Below, piece by piece: positions 21,687-32,355 of a DNA stretch of 64,000 nt. A program made the translations under genes and the position numbers. The stretch comes from Chloroflexota bacterium (GTDB lineage Bacteria; Chloroflexota; UBA11872; VXOZ01): the NCBI GenBank assembly GCA_965220015.1, contig OZ244798.1, forward strand, positions 3,108,407 through 3,172,406, written 5' to 3'. The notes below the pieces were generated by a model. It searched no databases and was not told the DNA's origin. It saw only the letters and a list, made by a program, of their open reading frames with translations. Each line of letters begins with the position of its first letter. Positions within the stretch are counted from its first letter, which is position 1.

Positions 21687-21840
21687 CGCGAGCCTCAACG
21701 AGCGGCACTGACTGGCTGTATTTATGTCCATTGGATTGAGTGGCGCTCAGTCGGATTACGACATAGCCCCGTAACACCGCCCCACTCCAGGTCCTGACCG
21801 CGCATCCGGTAGCGCAGGTTTGCAACCTGCGCGGGCGCTG

Positions 21841-22788
21841 CTACCTGCGACTATTGCGATAGGCCAACACAATTTGATCTTCGATCTCCGGCAGCGTTTT
21901 CCCTTTCCAGATTGCTAGGCCCGGCGCTATCGGCTTTACACGGGCCGACTCTTGCGTATGGTCAACGGCAGCTACCGTCTGCTGCGGGCATACCACCTGC
22001 CAAGGCCAAGGGTCGCTGTGGAGCACGAGCAGGTATTCGGCTCCCTTGGCACGTGGTGACTCCCGGGCAGTGTCTTGCAGAAGCGTTATCATCCTACCCA
22101 CGCTCGCGTGCTCCCGGTAGAACGAGTAGGGATAGAGGTTCCGCGTCACACGCACGCTCTGCCACGCCCACCGGCCGCTCGTATCCACGGTGCTGCTCTC
22201 GACGCGACCGGCGATGACAAGTCTATCCGGCCGCACGATCTCACCGATGTTTTCACACGAAGGACCATCCCCGATTACAGGCCGCGGCGGCACAAAGATC
22301 ACGAACCGCAACAGGCTGTCTTTGGCGCGGGCCTCTATCTCCCAGCATCCGGCGGATGGGATGATCATTCTGCTCGATTGAAAATCACCGACATAACCTT
22401 CAGATATGTCGGCCCACAGCGGCGCGGCGTCGCCATCCAAGCGGCGTCCTTGCACGGTCAACGTCGAACCTTCCGGCTTGATCCATCCTACCTTTCGGCT
22501 CCCCAGCCCCCACACGTCCGTAGCCGTCCAGATTCCCTTATCTGCACTTACAAAATACGCTCCGGTAGGCAGCGGGGAACGATATCGTGAGTCCGGCGGC
22601 GTGGCGATGGTGGGCGTGCTGACCGGACAATTCTCACCTTGGTCGGTGCGCGCTCCCGCGTTGACGTCAACCCCTTCTCCCGAACCAGTCTTCGCAGTGG
22701 GCAAGGTGCCAGGCGCTACAGCGCAGCCCGCGAGCGCCAACAACAGCAAGAGCAACGGAAAGAGCTTTGCTGACCTATAGCTGCGCAT
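21841..22788 (-). CDS. Hypothetical lipoprotein
   Basis: LLALAGC lipobox; GRRLDG and GCWEI motifs; GAGGAGG RBS. Confidence 0.75.
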   Translation of the reverse strand: MRSYRSAKLFPLLLLLLALAGCAVAPGTLPTAKTGSGEGVDVNAGARTDQGENCPVSTPTIATPPDSRYRSPLPTGAYFVSADKGIWTATDVWGLGSRKVGWIKPEGSTLTVQGRRLDGDAAPLWADISEGYVGDFQSSRMIIPSAGCWEIEARAKDSLLRFVIFVPPRPVIGDGPSCENIGEIVRPDRLVIAGRVESSTVDTSGRWAWQSVRVTRNLYPYSFYREHASVGRMITLLQDTARESPRAKGAEYLLVLHSDPWPWQVVCPQQTVAAVDHTQESARVKPIAPGLAIWKGKTLPEIEDQIVLAYRNSRR

Positions 22789-23024
22789 GACGGTTTCCTC
22801 CTCGCTGACCTTCGAAGGAACTATTGCTCGAAGACTATCCACTCAGGATACACTTTATATCCCATCCCAGAGTCAGTCAATATTATTCCACATTTGCCAT
22901 CCGTCCCTGGTCTGTATACATGGTGGACGGACTAAGTCTTGCAGCGGCCCAAATGGTTCTCCCCCACAAATAAGAGATTCCAAGTGAAAGATCATCCTCT
23001 TGGAAATCCACTACTTCCACCAGT

Positions 23025-23378
23025 TTAGCGCGATTGTGCGGCGACAATTGTACCGTCAAGCAGGCGTAGCCATTTGGGGTCAGGTTTGCCGCTCGCACCC
23101 AGCTTGCCGTCGGGCTGCAGGTATTGGAAGACGACTGAAACGAGTTGCTTCTGGCCGCTTGGCAGTCGCGCATAGTAAGCTACCAGTTGTGATACGGTTC
23201 CAGGCGCTTGTTGCGCCCTGGAGGGAGTGAGGTACTCGGCGCGCAAAACTTGAGCCAATTCGCCTCTTGCGGCCTTGGCTTACACTTGCATACTATTGAA
23301 GTGAGCACGAATTTCAGAAGGTGGAACGAAGCGATGCGGCTTCTCCGTGTTCTGGCGCCTGGTAGGAGGTTCTGACAT
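23025..23378 (-). pseudogene. Small hypothetical gene (…QYLQPDGKLGASGKPDPK…) with in-frame TAA at 23280-23282
   Basis: ORFs 23280..23564 and 23025..23258 are in the same frame: ...HFNSMQV*AKAARGELAQVL... Confidence 0.55.
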
Positions 23379-23637
23379 GGATCCGTCTGGAGAGTTGATT
23401 GGCCGCGTGCGAGGGTATCTTGATAGCCGGCTTTCCCACGGAGAGCTTTCGGCATGGCTTCTTGAATATGCGGACCACTTTCTAATGGAACCTGAAAAGG
23501 CCTTCGAAGTGCAACTGTGGTCGCGGGCACTCAACCTGCTTTGTCTCCTTAACGACAAAGCCATCGATGAGACACTCGTCCGCCGTGAAATTGAGGCGCT
23601 CCTCGCTAGCCATCAGACTGTCGCCGAAAGCGTCTAA
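23377..23637 (+). CDS. Small helical hypothetical protein
   Basis: AGGAGG RBS then ATG 23377; MDPSGELIGRVRGYLD... 86 aa. Confidence 0.65.
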   Translation: MDPSGELIGRVRGYLDSRLSHGELSAWLLEYADHFLMEPEKAFEVQLWSRALNLLCLLNDKAIDETLVRREIEALLASHQTVAESV

Positions 23638-24163
23638 GGTGGCTTGAAATATCTAGTCTTTGGAGCCCGCCGAAGTTCGTAGCACAAGCAGCGGTTTCTA
23701 TTGTCAATTAAATTACCGGACGCTGGCAACGGTCTCTAGAGCGCGCATTATGGACATTCAAACTTTGGCTGCTTCAGAACCTCAGAAGACGCAAAGCACG
23801 AGGGGCGTGTATTCGCTGCTTTGCACCGAGCGTGTCTATCTCCCTAGACAAGCTACTTGAATGCTACAATTATCGACTACTCAGAATGACTTGCCTGGGT
23901 TGACCCAGCCAACCACTCCACGTTGATGCTAGACGTTCTATGCCCATAGTGGCCACGGCCTATTGCCCTTTAGAAGCTTGCGCAGATTGACTTGGGCTTT
24001 CAATCCAACGAAGTCACACAGGAATAGCAATACTCTTCCGCTAGATCGGTCACGCCAGTCACCATGTGCCTGGAAGCCGCCAGACACAGTCTCTTCCTAC
24101 AACATACGGTACCATTAGAATCACGCTTGTGAACGAGATCAACTACATAGGAGCCAGAAACTG

Positions 24164-25483
24164 ATGATTGAAGTTGCAGAACGGGTGCTGCCCGTTTCCG
24201 CAGACGTGTCCGATACCGGCGTGCTCGCCATTGGCGGCGTGTCCGTGACGGAACTAGCCAGAGTCTTCGGCACGCCGCTCTACATCTACGATGAAGCGAC
24301 TCTGCGCACGAACATGCGCCGTTATGTAGAAGCGCTACACGCCGGTTACCCCGACGCGCTGCCGCTCTACGCCAGCAAGGCGTATTCAGACCCCCACGTG
24401 GTCAAGATCGCCGCTGAAGAGGGCATGGGGCTGGACGTGGTGTCGGCGGGCGAAATTGCGGTCGCCTTGGCAGCAGAATTCCCGTTGGACCGCATCTATT
24501 TCCACGGCAACAACAAGCTGCCGGAAGAGCTTGCCTATGCGCTGGAAGTCGGCGTGGGCCGCATTGTGGTGGACAATTTCAACGAAATCGACCTCCTCAA
24601 TACCATCGCGGGGGAAGCGGGCAAGAGCGCCAAGATTCTCCTGCGCATCGGTCCCGGCGTGGAAGCGCACACGCATGATTACATCAAGACCGGCGCGCTC
24701 GATTCCAAGTTCGGCTTTGCCCTGCCCATCGGTCAAGCGGAGGAAGCGGTAAAGCGCGCACAAGCCGCGCCAAACCTGGACCTCATCGGTATCCACGCCC
24801 ATATCGGCAGTCAGATCTTTGACATCGAGCCCTACGTAGACACCCTCGATCTGCTCATCCAATTCGCGCGCGAGATGACTGACAAGTACGGCCTTGACCT
24901 CCAAGAGCTCTCACCCGGCGGCGGCTGGGGCATCCGCTACACCGGCGCCGACGACCCGCCGCCCATCGAGGATCTGGCGAACACCGTAACCGCTACCGTG
25001 AAAGACCGCATGGCCGCGTTGGGCTGGAATCTGCCCCGCCTGGTGGTGGAACCGGGTCGCTCGATTGTGGGGCAAGCCGGCGTCGGCCTCTATTCCGTCG
25101 GCTCGAGCAAGACGATTCCTGGCGTGCGCAAGTACGTGGCCGTGGACGGCGGCATGGCCGACAATATCCGCCCGGCGCTTTATGACGCGCTTTACACAGT
25201 GCTCGTCGGCAACCGCATGCACGATCCCGCGGAAGAAACGGTGACGATCGCCGGACGCTACTGCGAAAGCGGCGACGTGCTATTCAAAGACATCGAGATG
25301 CCGAAACTGAACCCCGGCGACCTCATCGCCGTGCCTAGTTCCGGCGCGTACTGCCTGGCCATGTCCAGCAATTACAATTTGGTGCCGCGACCGGCGGTTG
25401 TGCTTGTGAACGACGGCAACGCCCGCCTCATTCGCCGCCGTGAGACCCTGGACGACCTCATTCAGCCGCACTTGGACGTGTAG
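24164..25483 (+). CDS. lysA: Diaminopimelate decarboxylase
   Basis: YASKA (PLP Lys), SKFG, HAHIGSQI, EPGRS, CESGD, GAY. Confidence 0.96.
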   Translation: MIEVAERVLPVSADVSDTGVLAIGGVSVTELARVFGTPLYIYDEATLRTNMRRYVEALHAGYPDALPLYASKAYSDPHVVKIAAEEGMGLDVVSAGEIAVALAAEFPLDRIYFHGNNKLPEELAYALEVGVGRIVVDNFNEIDLLNTIAGEAGKSAKILLRIGPGVEAHTHDYIKTGALDSKFGFALPIGQAEEAVKRAQAAPNLDLIGIHAHIGSQIFDIEPYVDTLDLLIQFAREMTDKYGLDLQELSPGGGWGIRYTGADDPPPIEDLANTVTATVKDRMAALGWNLPRLVVEPGRSIVGQAGVGLYSVGSSKTIPGVRKYVAVDGGMADNIRPALYDALYTVLVGNRMHDPAEETVTIAGRYCESGDVLFKDIEMPKLNPGDLIAVPSSGAYCLAMSSNYNLVPRPAVVLVNDGNARLIRRRETLDDLIQPHLDV

Positions 25484-25666
25484 CGGCCGCGACAGTGTGC
25501 ACTCATCTTGGATACGCACACCTGTTTGGGCGGCCGCTCAGTGGAGGTTGCCGCGCCTACCGGTGTTGACAGTGCCACCGTTGGGCGGCTATAGTTATTC
25601 CGATATTGTAAGATGTGTAGTGTTCGGAATTCGTTGCCATAGCGCAGCGATCAAGGAGGAATTGTG

Positions 25667-26110
25667 ATGGCAGATTCATTGGTACCCCTGATTGGTTCAA
25701 GTGAAGCCGGCCCCCTGGGCGCAGTGCACTTGCCGCGTCTGTGGCTTAAGGTCTCACTGGCGACGGCCGGCAGGCTGCCCGACGACTATGACGAGTGCGG
25801 CGCGGGCTTCGACCAGATGGTGCTGGACGGTCTGGGAATTGACCGCGATGCGGCCCTTGCCCATTTGCGCGCCAACCGCCCAAGCTACTTGGAGTTCGAG
25901 CAGTGGGTCTTGGACCAGAATGGCGGCAGCATTTCCGCCGCGACCATTGAGGCGAGCAATGCGGCGATTCTCGGCTACAATCATGCCGATGACACCATCG
26001 CCGGCATTTGCGACGCCACCGGCCTCGCCAACGATGGCAATGTCACCGATGCCGCTTCCCTCAACGCCCTTGAGGACTGGCAAGAGTTGCACGGTTCGCT
26101 ATCCGGCTAA
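25667..26110 (+). CDS. DUF5069-like protein
   Basis: GPLGAVHLPRLWLK, GFDQMVLDGLG; AAGGAGG RBS. Confidence 0.75.
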   Translation: MADSLVPLIGSSEAGPLGAVHLPRLWLKVSLATAGRLPDDYDECGAGFDQMVLDGLGIDRDAALAHLRANRPSYLEFEQWVLDQNGGSISAATIEASNAAILGYNHADDTIAGICDATGLANDGNVTDAASLNALEDWQELHGSLSG

Positions 26111-26133
26111 CGTACGCACACGGAACAACTGCA

Positions 26134-26178
26134 AGTGCCGTTCGGCCTGACCACTGCGAGGGCCGAACGGCGCTTTAT
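26134..26178 (+). terminator. Hairpin, possible intrinsic terminator or processing stem
   Basis: AGTGCCGTTCGGCC...GGCCGAACGGCGCT followed by T-rich bases. Confidence 0.5.
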
Positions 26179-26200
26179 TAGTTAGGAAAGGGAGAGAGTC

Positions 26201-27097
26201 ATGGCAGGAACAGGTACGAAGGTTGGCGTTGTCGGCGTGGGCCGCATGGGCGCGAACATTGCCCGTCACTTGAATGACGAGGGCTATGCCGTCACCGCCG
26301 TCTATGACGTGAATTCAGCCGCCGCTCAGGAGCTAGCGGGAGAGATTGGCGCACAGTCTTGTAATACACTGGCGCAGGTCACCGGACTCGCCGACACCAT
26401 CATCACCGTTGTCACCGACGATCAGGCGATGTACGCAATCTTCGCGGAAGAGGGTGACAGCCTGCTGCAAGGCGCGGCCGGCAAACTTTTCGTCAACTGC
26501 GCCACCATCACGCCGCAAGTCCACGTGGACGTGGAGCAGCGCGCGGCGGCGGCGGGCGCGCAGAGCCTGGAGGCCTGCATGGCGAGCAGCATCACACAGG
26601 CGCGCGACGGCACGCTGTACCTCATGTGCGGCGGCGGCGAGGACGCCTTCAGCCGCGCGCAGCCCATGCTGGATACGATGAGCATCTCGCTGCGCTACAT
26701 CGGCCCGGCAGGCACGGCCGCCCAGGTCAAGGCGCTCGTAAATATGGTGATGAACATTAACACGGCAGGTCTGGCTGAGGGCCTGGGCCTAGGCGAAGCG
26801 CTGGGACTCGACAGCGGGCTGCTGCGCGAGGTATTTGCGCAGACCGGCGCTAACTCACGAGTCCTGGAGACCGACGGCGAGGATATGGAAGCCCGCGACC
26901 ACGAGTGCTACTTCTCCGCGGCCCACGCCTCCAAGGACTCCGGCATTGCGCTGGATCTGGCAGATGATGCCGGCCTCTCGCTGCCGCTGGCAAACGCAAC
27001 GAAGGCCCAGTACGACAAGATGATTGACATGGGCTTGGGCGAGCTCGATAAGTCCGGTGTGGCGGAACTCACCTACCCCGGCAGAGGGGGTTCGTAG
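26201..27097 (+). CDS. NAD(P)-dependent oxidoreductase, 3-hydroxyisobutyrate dehydrogenase family
   Basis: GVGRMG Rossmann motif, VKALVN, KDSGIALD. Confidence 0.9.
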   Translation: MAGTGTKVGVVGVGRMGANIARHLNDEGYAVTAVYDVNSAAAQELAGEIGAQSCNTLAQVTGLADTIITVVTDDQAMYAIFAEEGDSLLQGAAGKLFVNCATITPQVHVDVEQRAAAAGAQSLEACMASSITQARDGTLYLMCGGGEDAFSRAQPMLDTMSISLRYIGPAGTAAQVKALVNMVMNINTAGLAEGLGLGEALGLDSGLLREVFAQTGANSRVLETDGEDMEARDHECYFSAAHASKDSGIALDLADDAGLSLPLANATKAQYDKMIDMGLGELDKSGVAELTYPGRGGS

Positions 27098-27125
27098 CTC
27101 AAAACTGACAGAAGATGACCGCTCA

Positions 27126-27393
27126 CCCTTCGACAGGCCTGTGCTGAGCTTGTCGAAGTGCTCAGGGCGAACGGTGATGAGCTAGCTTTGTGCAACGGTG
27201 ACCGCCTCGCCTCTTGTCCTTCGACAAGTTCCGGATAGGTAAGCGCAGGCTGAAACGGACAAGATGAAATCCATCGAATACTCAGTTCCCGTTCGTGCTG
27301 AGCCTGTCGAAGCAGGAACGGAGCGCCAGCCGTTCGTGCTGAGCTTGTCGAAGCAGGAACGGAGCGCAGCCGTTCGTGCTGAGCCTGTCGAAA
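27126..27393. repeat. Cluster of TTCGACA(A/G)GCTCAG(C/G)..GAACGG-type repeats
   Basis: CCGTTCGTGCTGAGC(C/T)TGTCGAA occurs three times in tandem at ~27289-27393, plus nested inverted copies. Confidence 0.8.
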
Positions 27394-27522
27394 CATGAAC
27401 GATTATGGCGCTTATAGAGTTACTCACACAGCATCCGGAATCTACGAATTGGCGGCAAGCGAAGTGGGGCGCTTACCCCTAGATTCGCCCTCCTGTAGTC
27501 AACTCCCGTGACGCGAAGGCCA

Positions 27523-28086
27523 ATGGTCGCGCAACTCAAAGCCAACATGCTGCTCGTCCTCGGAGTCGTTGTCCTGCTCTGGGCAGCGGAAGCAGCGAAT
27601 ATTGCAACGGGGCATCACCTCAACACCTGGGGCATTCTGCCGCGCACACTTTCGGGACTGCGCGGCATCCCGTTGAGCCCGTTCCTCCATGCCAACATCG
27701 GCCATTTGCTGGTGAACACCTTGCCGTTCTTGGTGCTCGGGGGCCTCGTCGCATTGCAGGGCAGGCGGGCGTTTCTCGGCGTGTCGCTCTTTGCCATCCT
27801 GTGTGGCGGGACCGCGGTGTGGCTCTTTGGCAGGCATTCCTACCACATTGGCGCGAGCGGGCTCATCTTCGGATACTTCGGCTACCTCGTCGCCCGCGGC
27901 TGGTATGAACGCAGTCTTCCATCAATCCTCATTGCTCTGGTAACCCTGTTCTTCTACGGTGGCCTCGTCTGGGGCGTGCTGCCCACTACCACCTATATCT
28001 CTTGGGAAGGCCACCTGTTCGGCCTGCTGGCCGGCGTTATTTCCGCACGCATCCAAGGCACGACGGCAAAAGAGCAACAATCCTGA
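27523..28086 (+). CDS. Rhomboid family intramembrane serine protease
   Basis: PFLHANIGHL, GASG, SWEGHLFG. Confidence 0.92.
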   Translation: MVAQLKANMLLVLGVVVLLWAAEAANIATGHHLNTWGILPRTLSGLRGIPLSPFLHANIGHLLVNTLPFLVLGGLVALQGRRAFLGVSLFAILCGGTAVWLFGRHSYHIGASGLIFGYFGYLVARGWYERSLPSILIALVTLFFYGGLVWGVLPTTTYISWEGHLFGLLAGVISARIQGTTAKEQQS

Positions 28087-28113
28087 CCGCATTCGCCCAA
28101 AGCCACTGCCTGA

Positions 28114-28803
28114 TGTAGGGGCAACCCTTGTGGTTGCCCTTCTGCAGCTTGTGGTCAAGAACTCTTGGTGGGCGGATGACCGCTTCTAAGCCTTCCATTG
28201 GACAAATCTGGCGGGAACACTGGTCCTCCTTCTCCGCTCCCGGCACGGATACTTCCACGTGCCCATGCCTTCCAGGTGAAGGGGCAACCACAAGGGTTGC
28301 CCCTCCCCGGCGCACCTGTGTGCGACATTGGCAGGTGTGCGATTTCCTGCTCCCAAAGCCCATTCGACATTCGCAGCGGTTGCAAGAATCTCCTCTGCGC
28401 TCCCTACCAATGCACCTTCATATCTGTGCTTTGGGTCTGTCCTGGGTAGGGGCAACCCTTGTGGTTGCCCGCCTGCGGTGAACTTGTGGGCGACAATACC
28501 AGGTGTGCGGTTTCCTGCTCCCAAAACCCATTCGACATTCGCAGCGGTTGCAAGAATCTCCTCTGCGTTCCCTACCAATGCACCTTCATATCTGTGCTAT
28601 GGGTCTATCTTAGGTAGGGGCAACCCTTGTGGTTGCCCACCTGCGGCTCAATCGTAGTCCATGAGGGTTGGTGCACGCGTCACTGCTATCAGATTCCATT
28701 GCACGGTCGCGGCCATGGCGCCAATCACTTTCTCCCCCTTTCATGTACAGAGCCTTCTCCCTGCCAAGCCCAATATAAGGGCAACCACAAGGGTTGCCCC
28801 TAC
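28114..28803. repeat. GTAG-type REP cluster with 168-bp-period duplication
   Basis: GTAGGGGCAACCCTTGTGGTTGCCC in both orientations (5 copies); 28332..28470 is nearly identical to 28500..28638. Confidence 0.85.
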
Positions 28804-28879
28804 GGGTCGCGATTCCGGGCATGGATAGCTATCGGAAGGATTACAGCGTTACAGCCCACAGCACAGACTGCTCCCAGAT

Positions 28880-29644
28880 TTAACGCCCCTTTACCGCTAT
28901 ACCCTTTCGCTTGCACGCTTCCACCACGTGATCCTTCAACCACTCGCCTTGGCGCGTTACGAAGTATTCCAGCAGAGCGCGGCCCGCCGCGGCGGTGGCG
29001 ACGGCAGCATCGCTCTCGCTGAATTTACCCCAACTGCCGTCCGGAGCCAGCTTGTCCCACGGCACGTAGTCCATGTAGGCCTGTTCGTCCTCGGAGATTG
29101 CGCTGCCGAACGCGCCGGGAAGCACGCAGTCCGGCGCGAGAAAGAGCGCAAGGGCGCGGGACTCCGCGCCGCCGTGTACTTCGCCGCGATCAGCAAGACC
29201 GGCGTGTTCCCGCGCCTCGTTCCAGACGCGGACACCGCCCTGATGGGCATTTACGACCACAATGTCCGAAAACTGCCAGTTGATATGCTTGATAAAGGCC
29301 GGCAGCCAGTACGAACCGCCATGGCCGCACGTGAGCACCTGTTTGCGGAAGCCCTGCGCCCGCAGCCCGGCTACGATCTCCTCCAGCACGAGCATCACGG
29401 TATTGGGGCGGAGCGTGACCGTGCCCGTGAACGATGCGTGCTCTTCAGCAGTATTGAACGGCAAGGTGGGCAACACGTAGGCGTCGAGCCGTTCGCCAAA
29501 TGCACGCGCAAAGTACTCCGCGACGAGCGTATCAAGGTGCAAGGGCAAGCACGGGCCGCACTGCTCGGTGGAGCCGACACTGATAACGGCCGTGTCAATG
29601 CCGGATTCTGAGAGTTGCTTCGTCGAATCATAGTATGAAAGCAC
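28880..29644 (-). CDS. Creatininase family protein
   Basis: GSTEQCGPCLPLHLD, EHASFTGT, GHGG, HGG motifs. Confidence 0.88.
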   Translation of the reverse strand: MLSYYDSTKQLSESGIDTAVISVGSTEQCGPCLPLHLDTLVAEYFARAFGERLDAYVLPTLPFNTAEEHASFTGTVTLRPNTVMLVLEEIVAGLRAQGFRKQVLTCGHGGSYWLPAFIKHINWQFSDIVVVNAHQGGVRVWNEAREHAGLADRGEVHGGAESRALALFLAPDCVLPGAFGSAISEDEQAYMDYVPWDKLAPDGSWGKFSESDAAVATAAAGRALLEYFVTRQGEWLKDHVVEACKRKGIAVKGR

Positions 29645-29756
29645 GTTCCAAACCTAACTAATTCGCAAAAAATGAACAGTTAACTCAGACGGGATATTCT
29701 TGTGGCACACTCAAGGCATTCTGAGCTAGAGTGAAGAGGGACAGGAGGTAACGTTT

Positions 29757-29942
29757 ATGGAGAGTTATGAGTTCATAGGTTCTTTAGCCGTTACGGTTAT
29801 GGCAGTTGCGACGCTCATATGGCGCTTTGAGACTCGCATATCCGGTGTTGAAACACGCATCAGTGAATTGTCCGTCCGCGTGTCTCGCATCGAGGGCCTG
29901 CATGAAGGGTACTTCTTGCAAGCGAGCAAGAAAGAGGATTAG
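29757..29942 (+). CDS. Small TM plus coiled-coil hypothetical protein
   Basis: AGGAGGT RBS; hydrophobic N-terminus, ETRIS repeats, RVSRIEG. Confidence 0.7.
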   Translation: MESYEFIGSLAVTVMAVATLIWRFETRISGVETRISELSVRVSRIEGLHEGYFLQASKKED

Positions 29943-29990
29943 ACACCGCTTCCGGCAGCACTGCAGTCTACCAAGTACGGAAATACTAGT

Positions 29991-30022
29991 AAGCCCGCCT
30001 CGCATGAAGCAGGCGGGTTTTA
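29991..30022. terminator. Likely bidirectional terminator
   Basis: AAGCCCGCCT...AGGCGGGTTT hairpin between convergent genes. Confidence 0.6.
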
Positions 30023-30023
30023 T

Positions 30024-31232
30024 TTACGCTAAGACCGGATAGAGTAGTTCATCGAAAGTCACCGCGCGATTACTGTGGTCGATACTCAGGCGTACGGCCT
30101 CGGCGATGGCAGTGCCGACGACGGCCTGTTGCGGCAGGGGGCGCTTCTTAGCAAGTTCCGCGAGCATGCCGCGCCGCACCTGCAGCGCCTGCGCCGCGTC
30201 CATACCCTCGGTTTCGCGCAGGATGCGCCGCGCGTCGTGCACGCCCTGCATTACGCTATCGTAGCCATAGCCCACGTACTCGGTGCCCTCGCCGTCCCAC
30301 GGCTCGTATTGCTTGAAGAAGTTCGGGTTGAAGTGCTCGAAGCCCTTGTCCTGGGTGACGAAATGCAGCTTGCGGTCTTTGTGGTCGGCCCAGTATTCGC
30401 CCTGCGTGCCCGAAAGCTGCAGGCCCTGGTTCGTGAGCGAACTATTCGCTTCCGCGCACACCCATGACGTCTGCACCCAGAGCACCGAGCCGTCAGTCCA
30501 TTCGATTACGCCCTGCACCGCGTCAAACGCGTCCTGGCCCTGTGTGGGCAGGAACTTCTTCTGGCCGAAGCCCCACACACGCGCGGGCTTGAGGCCGGTG
30601 ATGTAGTAATAGGCATCGGCGTAGTGCACGCCAATATATTCAAAAGGAGAGCTTTCCTCGGCCCACAAGGAAAAAATATCCAGCGGCATCTCGCGCCGCT
30701 CTTCGATCCACGCGTGGCCGTGCAACATCTCGCCCAAGTGTCCCTGGCGGTAGTAGCGCTGGGCCGCGCGGATGGCGCGGTCGTGGCGCTTATGGTAGTC
30801 GGTGTAGACGTAGATGCCCTTGTTTTCCGCAGCGGTAAGAATGGTGTAGACATCCGCGACTTTGAGACAGAGCGGCTTTTGCACCACCACGTGGTGGCCG
30901 CGTTCGATTGCCTCCAGAATCATCTCGGTGTGGAGATGATCGGGTGTCGCCACCATCACCACGCCGTGGGGATCAAGGTCGTCCAGAGCCGCCTTGTAGG
31001 AATCGGGGAAAGAAGCCTCGGGATGGCTGGTGTCCGGGTCGGGGTAGCCCTGAAACGCATAGCTAGGAAACAGCTCGCGAACTTTGCGCAAGGTGCTTGC
31101 CCGCCGCGAGGCGATGCTCACCTTGCCCACTACGCCGCGGTCTTGTTCTTGAAACAGCGTCGGCAAGATCACGTCCTGGCTGATCATGCCGCCGCCGATG
31201 AGAAGTACGGGTACTCTACCGTCCCACGCCAT
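30024..31232 (-). CDS. Gfo/Idh/MocA family oxidoreductase
   Basis: IGGGMIS, ATPDHLH, QKPL, HKRHD. Confidence 0.9.
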   Translation of the reverse strand: MAWDGRVPVLLIGGGMISQDVILPTLFQEQDRGVVGKVSIASRRASTLRKVRELFPSYAFQGYPDPDTSHPEASFPDSYKAALDDLDPHGVVMVATPDHLHTEMILEAIERGHHVVVQKPLCLKVADVYTILTAAENKGIYVYTDYHKRHDRAIRAAQRYYRQGHLGEMLHGHAWIEERREMPLDIFSLWAEESSPFEYIGVHYADAYYYITGLKPARVWGFGQKKFLPTQGQDAFDAVQGVIEWTDGSVLWVQTSWVCAEANSSLTNQGLQLSGTQGEYWADHKDRKLHFVTQDKGFEHFNPNFFKQYEPWDGEGTEYVGYGYDSVMQGVHDARRILRETEGMDAAQALQVRRGMLAELAKKRPLPQQAVVGTAIAEAVRLSIDHSNRAVTFDELLYPVLA

Positions 31233-32153
31233 CAGGCTCTCACCTCATAATCTGTCACTGCATTCCGCTACGAATGCAAGAGTTCATTTACGTATCCTTG
31301 TCCTGACGCCCATCTGAAACGCTCGCACACTCCCGGCCCGGCAGGCGCAAATACCCCCTCGCTCTGGGGGGAGAGGCCCGGGTGAGGGGGACTTCTCCCC
31401 GTTCCCGCGCCTTTGCGCCGTCGGCAGAGTTACGCGAAGGTCTCCTTGGGCGAAATCAAGCGTAGCGGCAGTCTACCATAGCGCCGCCGTGTCCTCAAAG
31501 AATTTAGCTATTTTACATCAGCGCCTCATGGCTAGTCAGTTTCGTCAGTTGCGCAGGCTTGCAACCTGCACAAGCTCGGCGTTGGGCCTGACACGAGGCG
31601 ATCCTACTATTCCGTCGGTGCGGCGAAACGCCCATCCTTCACGTACGACAAGGCGTGATCAAGTAAAGACAAATAGCCGCTTGCGCGGGAAAGACATTGA
31701 ATCCCTGAAACATAAGCCAGTCCATCGTTGCCTTGATCACTTGACCTTCCCGCCAAGTCAGCAGCATACTCGAAACCGGTCGTAGATTTGTCATGCGCCG
31801 AGGAGGCAGAGCGATCATGGGCAATCGCAGGCGAATGACACGCCGGATCCTGCTCAGAGGAGCGGCAAGCAGTGCAGGCATGGTGGCCTTGGCGGCGTGC
31901 GGCACGGCGACGGCGACCCCGGAATCCGGTGAATCACCGCAAGCGGATACCAAAGCTGAGGAAAGCAATTAGTAGTTTCGGACTTATGTGATTTTGTGGG
32001 GGGTTGCGCTCGTACGGAAAAGGGTTGACAACTCTATCGTGAGGTAGACTCGCGTACGCGGGGTATTGGTGGTAAAATGAGGTTAGTTAAAACCACAGGG
32101 GTCCAGTGCGGAAACACTGAACCCCCACCCACTCCCATAAGGAGTTAGCAGAC

Positions 32154-32318
32154 ATGTCTGCGTTTAAAGTATCAGAAGCTATCCAGCCCTGCAAGGGCTG
32201 CTCGCAGTCGTTCCCCGTCTCCGTCCTCTCGGTCGAGGGGCTGTGCGCAAGCTGCGCCGAACTCAAAGGCTCTAAGTCGTTGGGCTTTCTGTGGCTCCGG
32301 CTCGCTGTGGAAGAGTAG
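32154..32318 (+). CDS. 54-aa putative zinc-finger microprotein
   Basis: TAAGGAG RBS; MSAFKVSEAIQPCKGCSQSFPVSVLSVEGLCASCAELKGSKSLGFLWLRLAVEE (CxxC...CxxC); below the ORF-track cutoff. Confidence 0.6.
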   Translation: MSAFKVSEAIQPCKGCSQSFPVSVLSVEGLCASCAELKGSKSLGFLWLRLAVEE

Positions 32319-32355
32319 CTAGCCGTCGGGCCTTGCGCTGGAATCATGGGAGGGA

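Noticed and set aside
23640-24163. Lysine riboswitch upstream of lysA
   Set aside because: No recognisable L-box consensus or terminator seen by eye; an Rfam scan would settle it.
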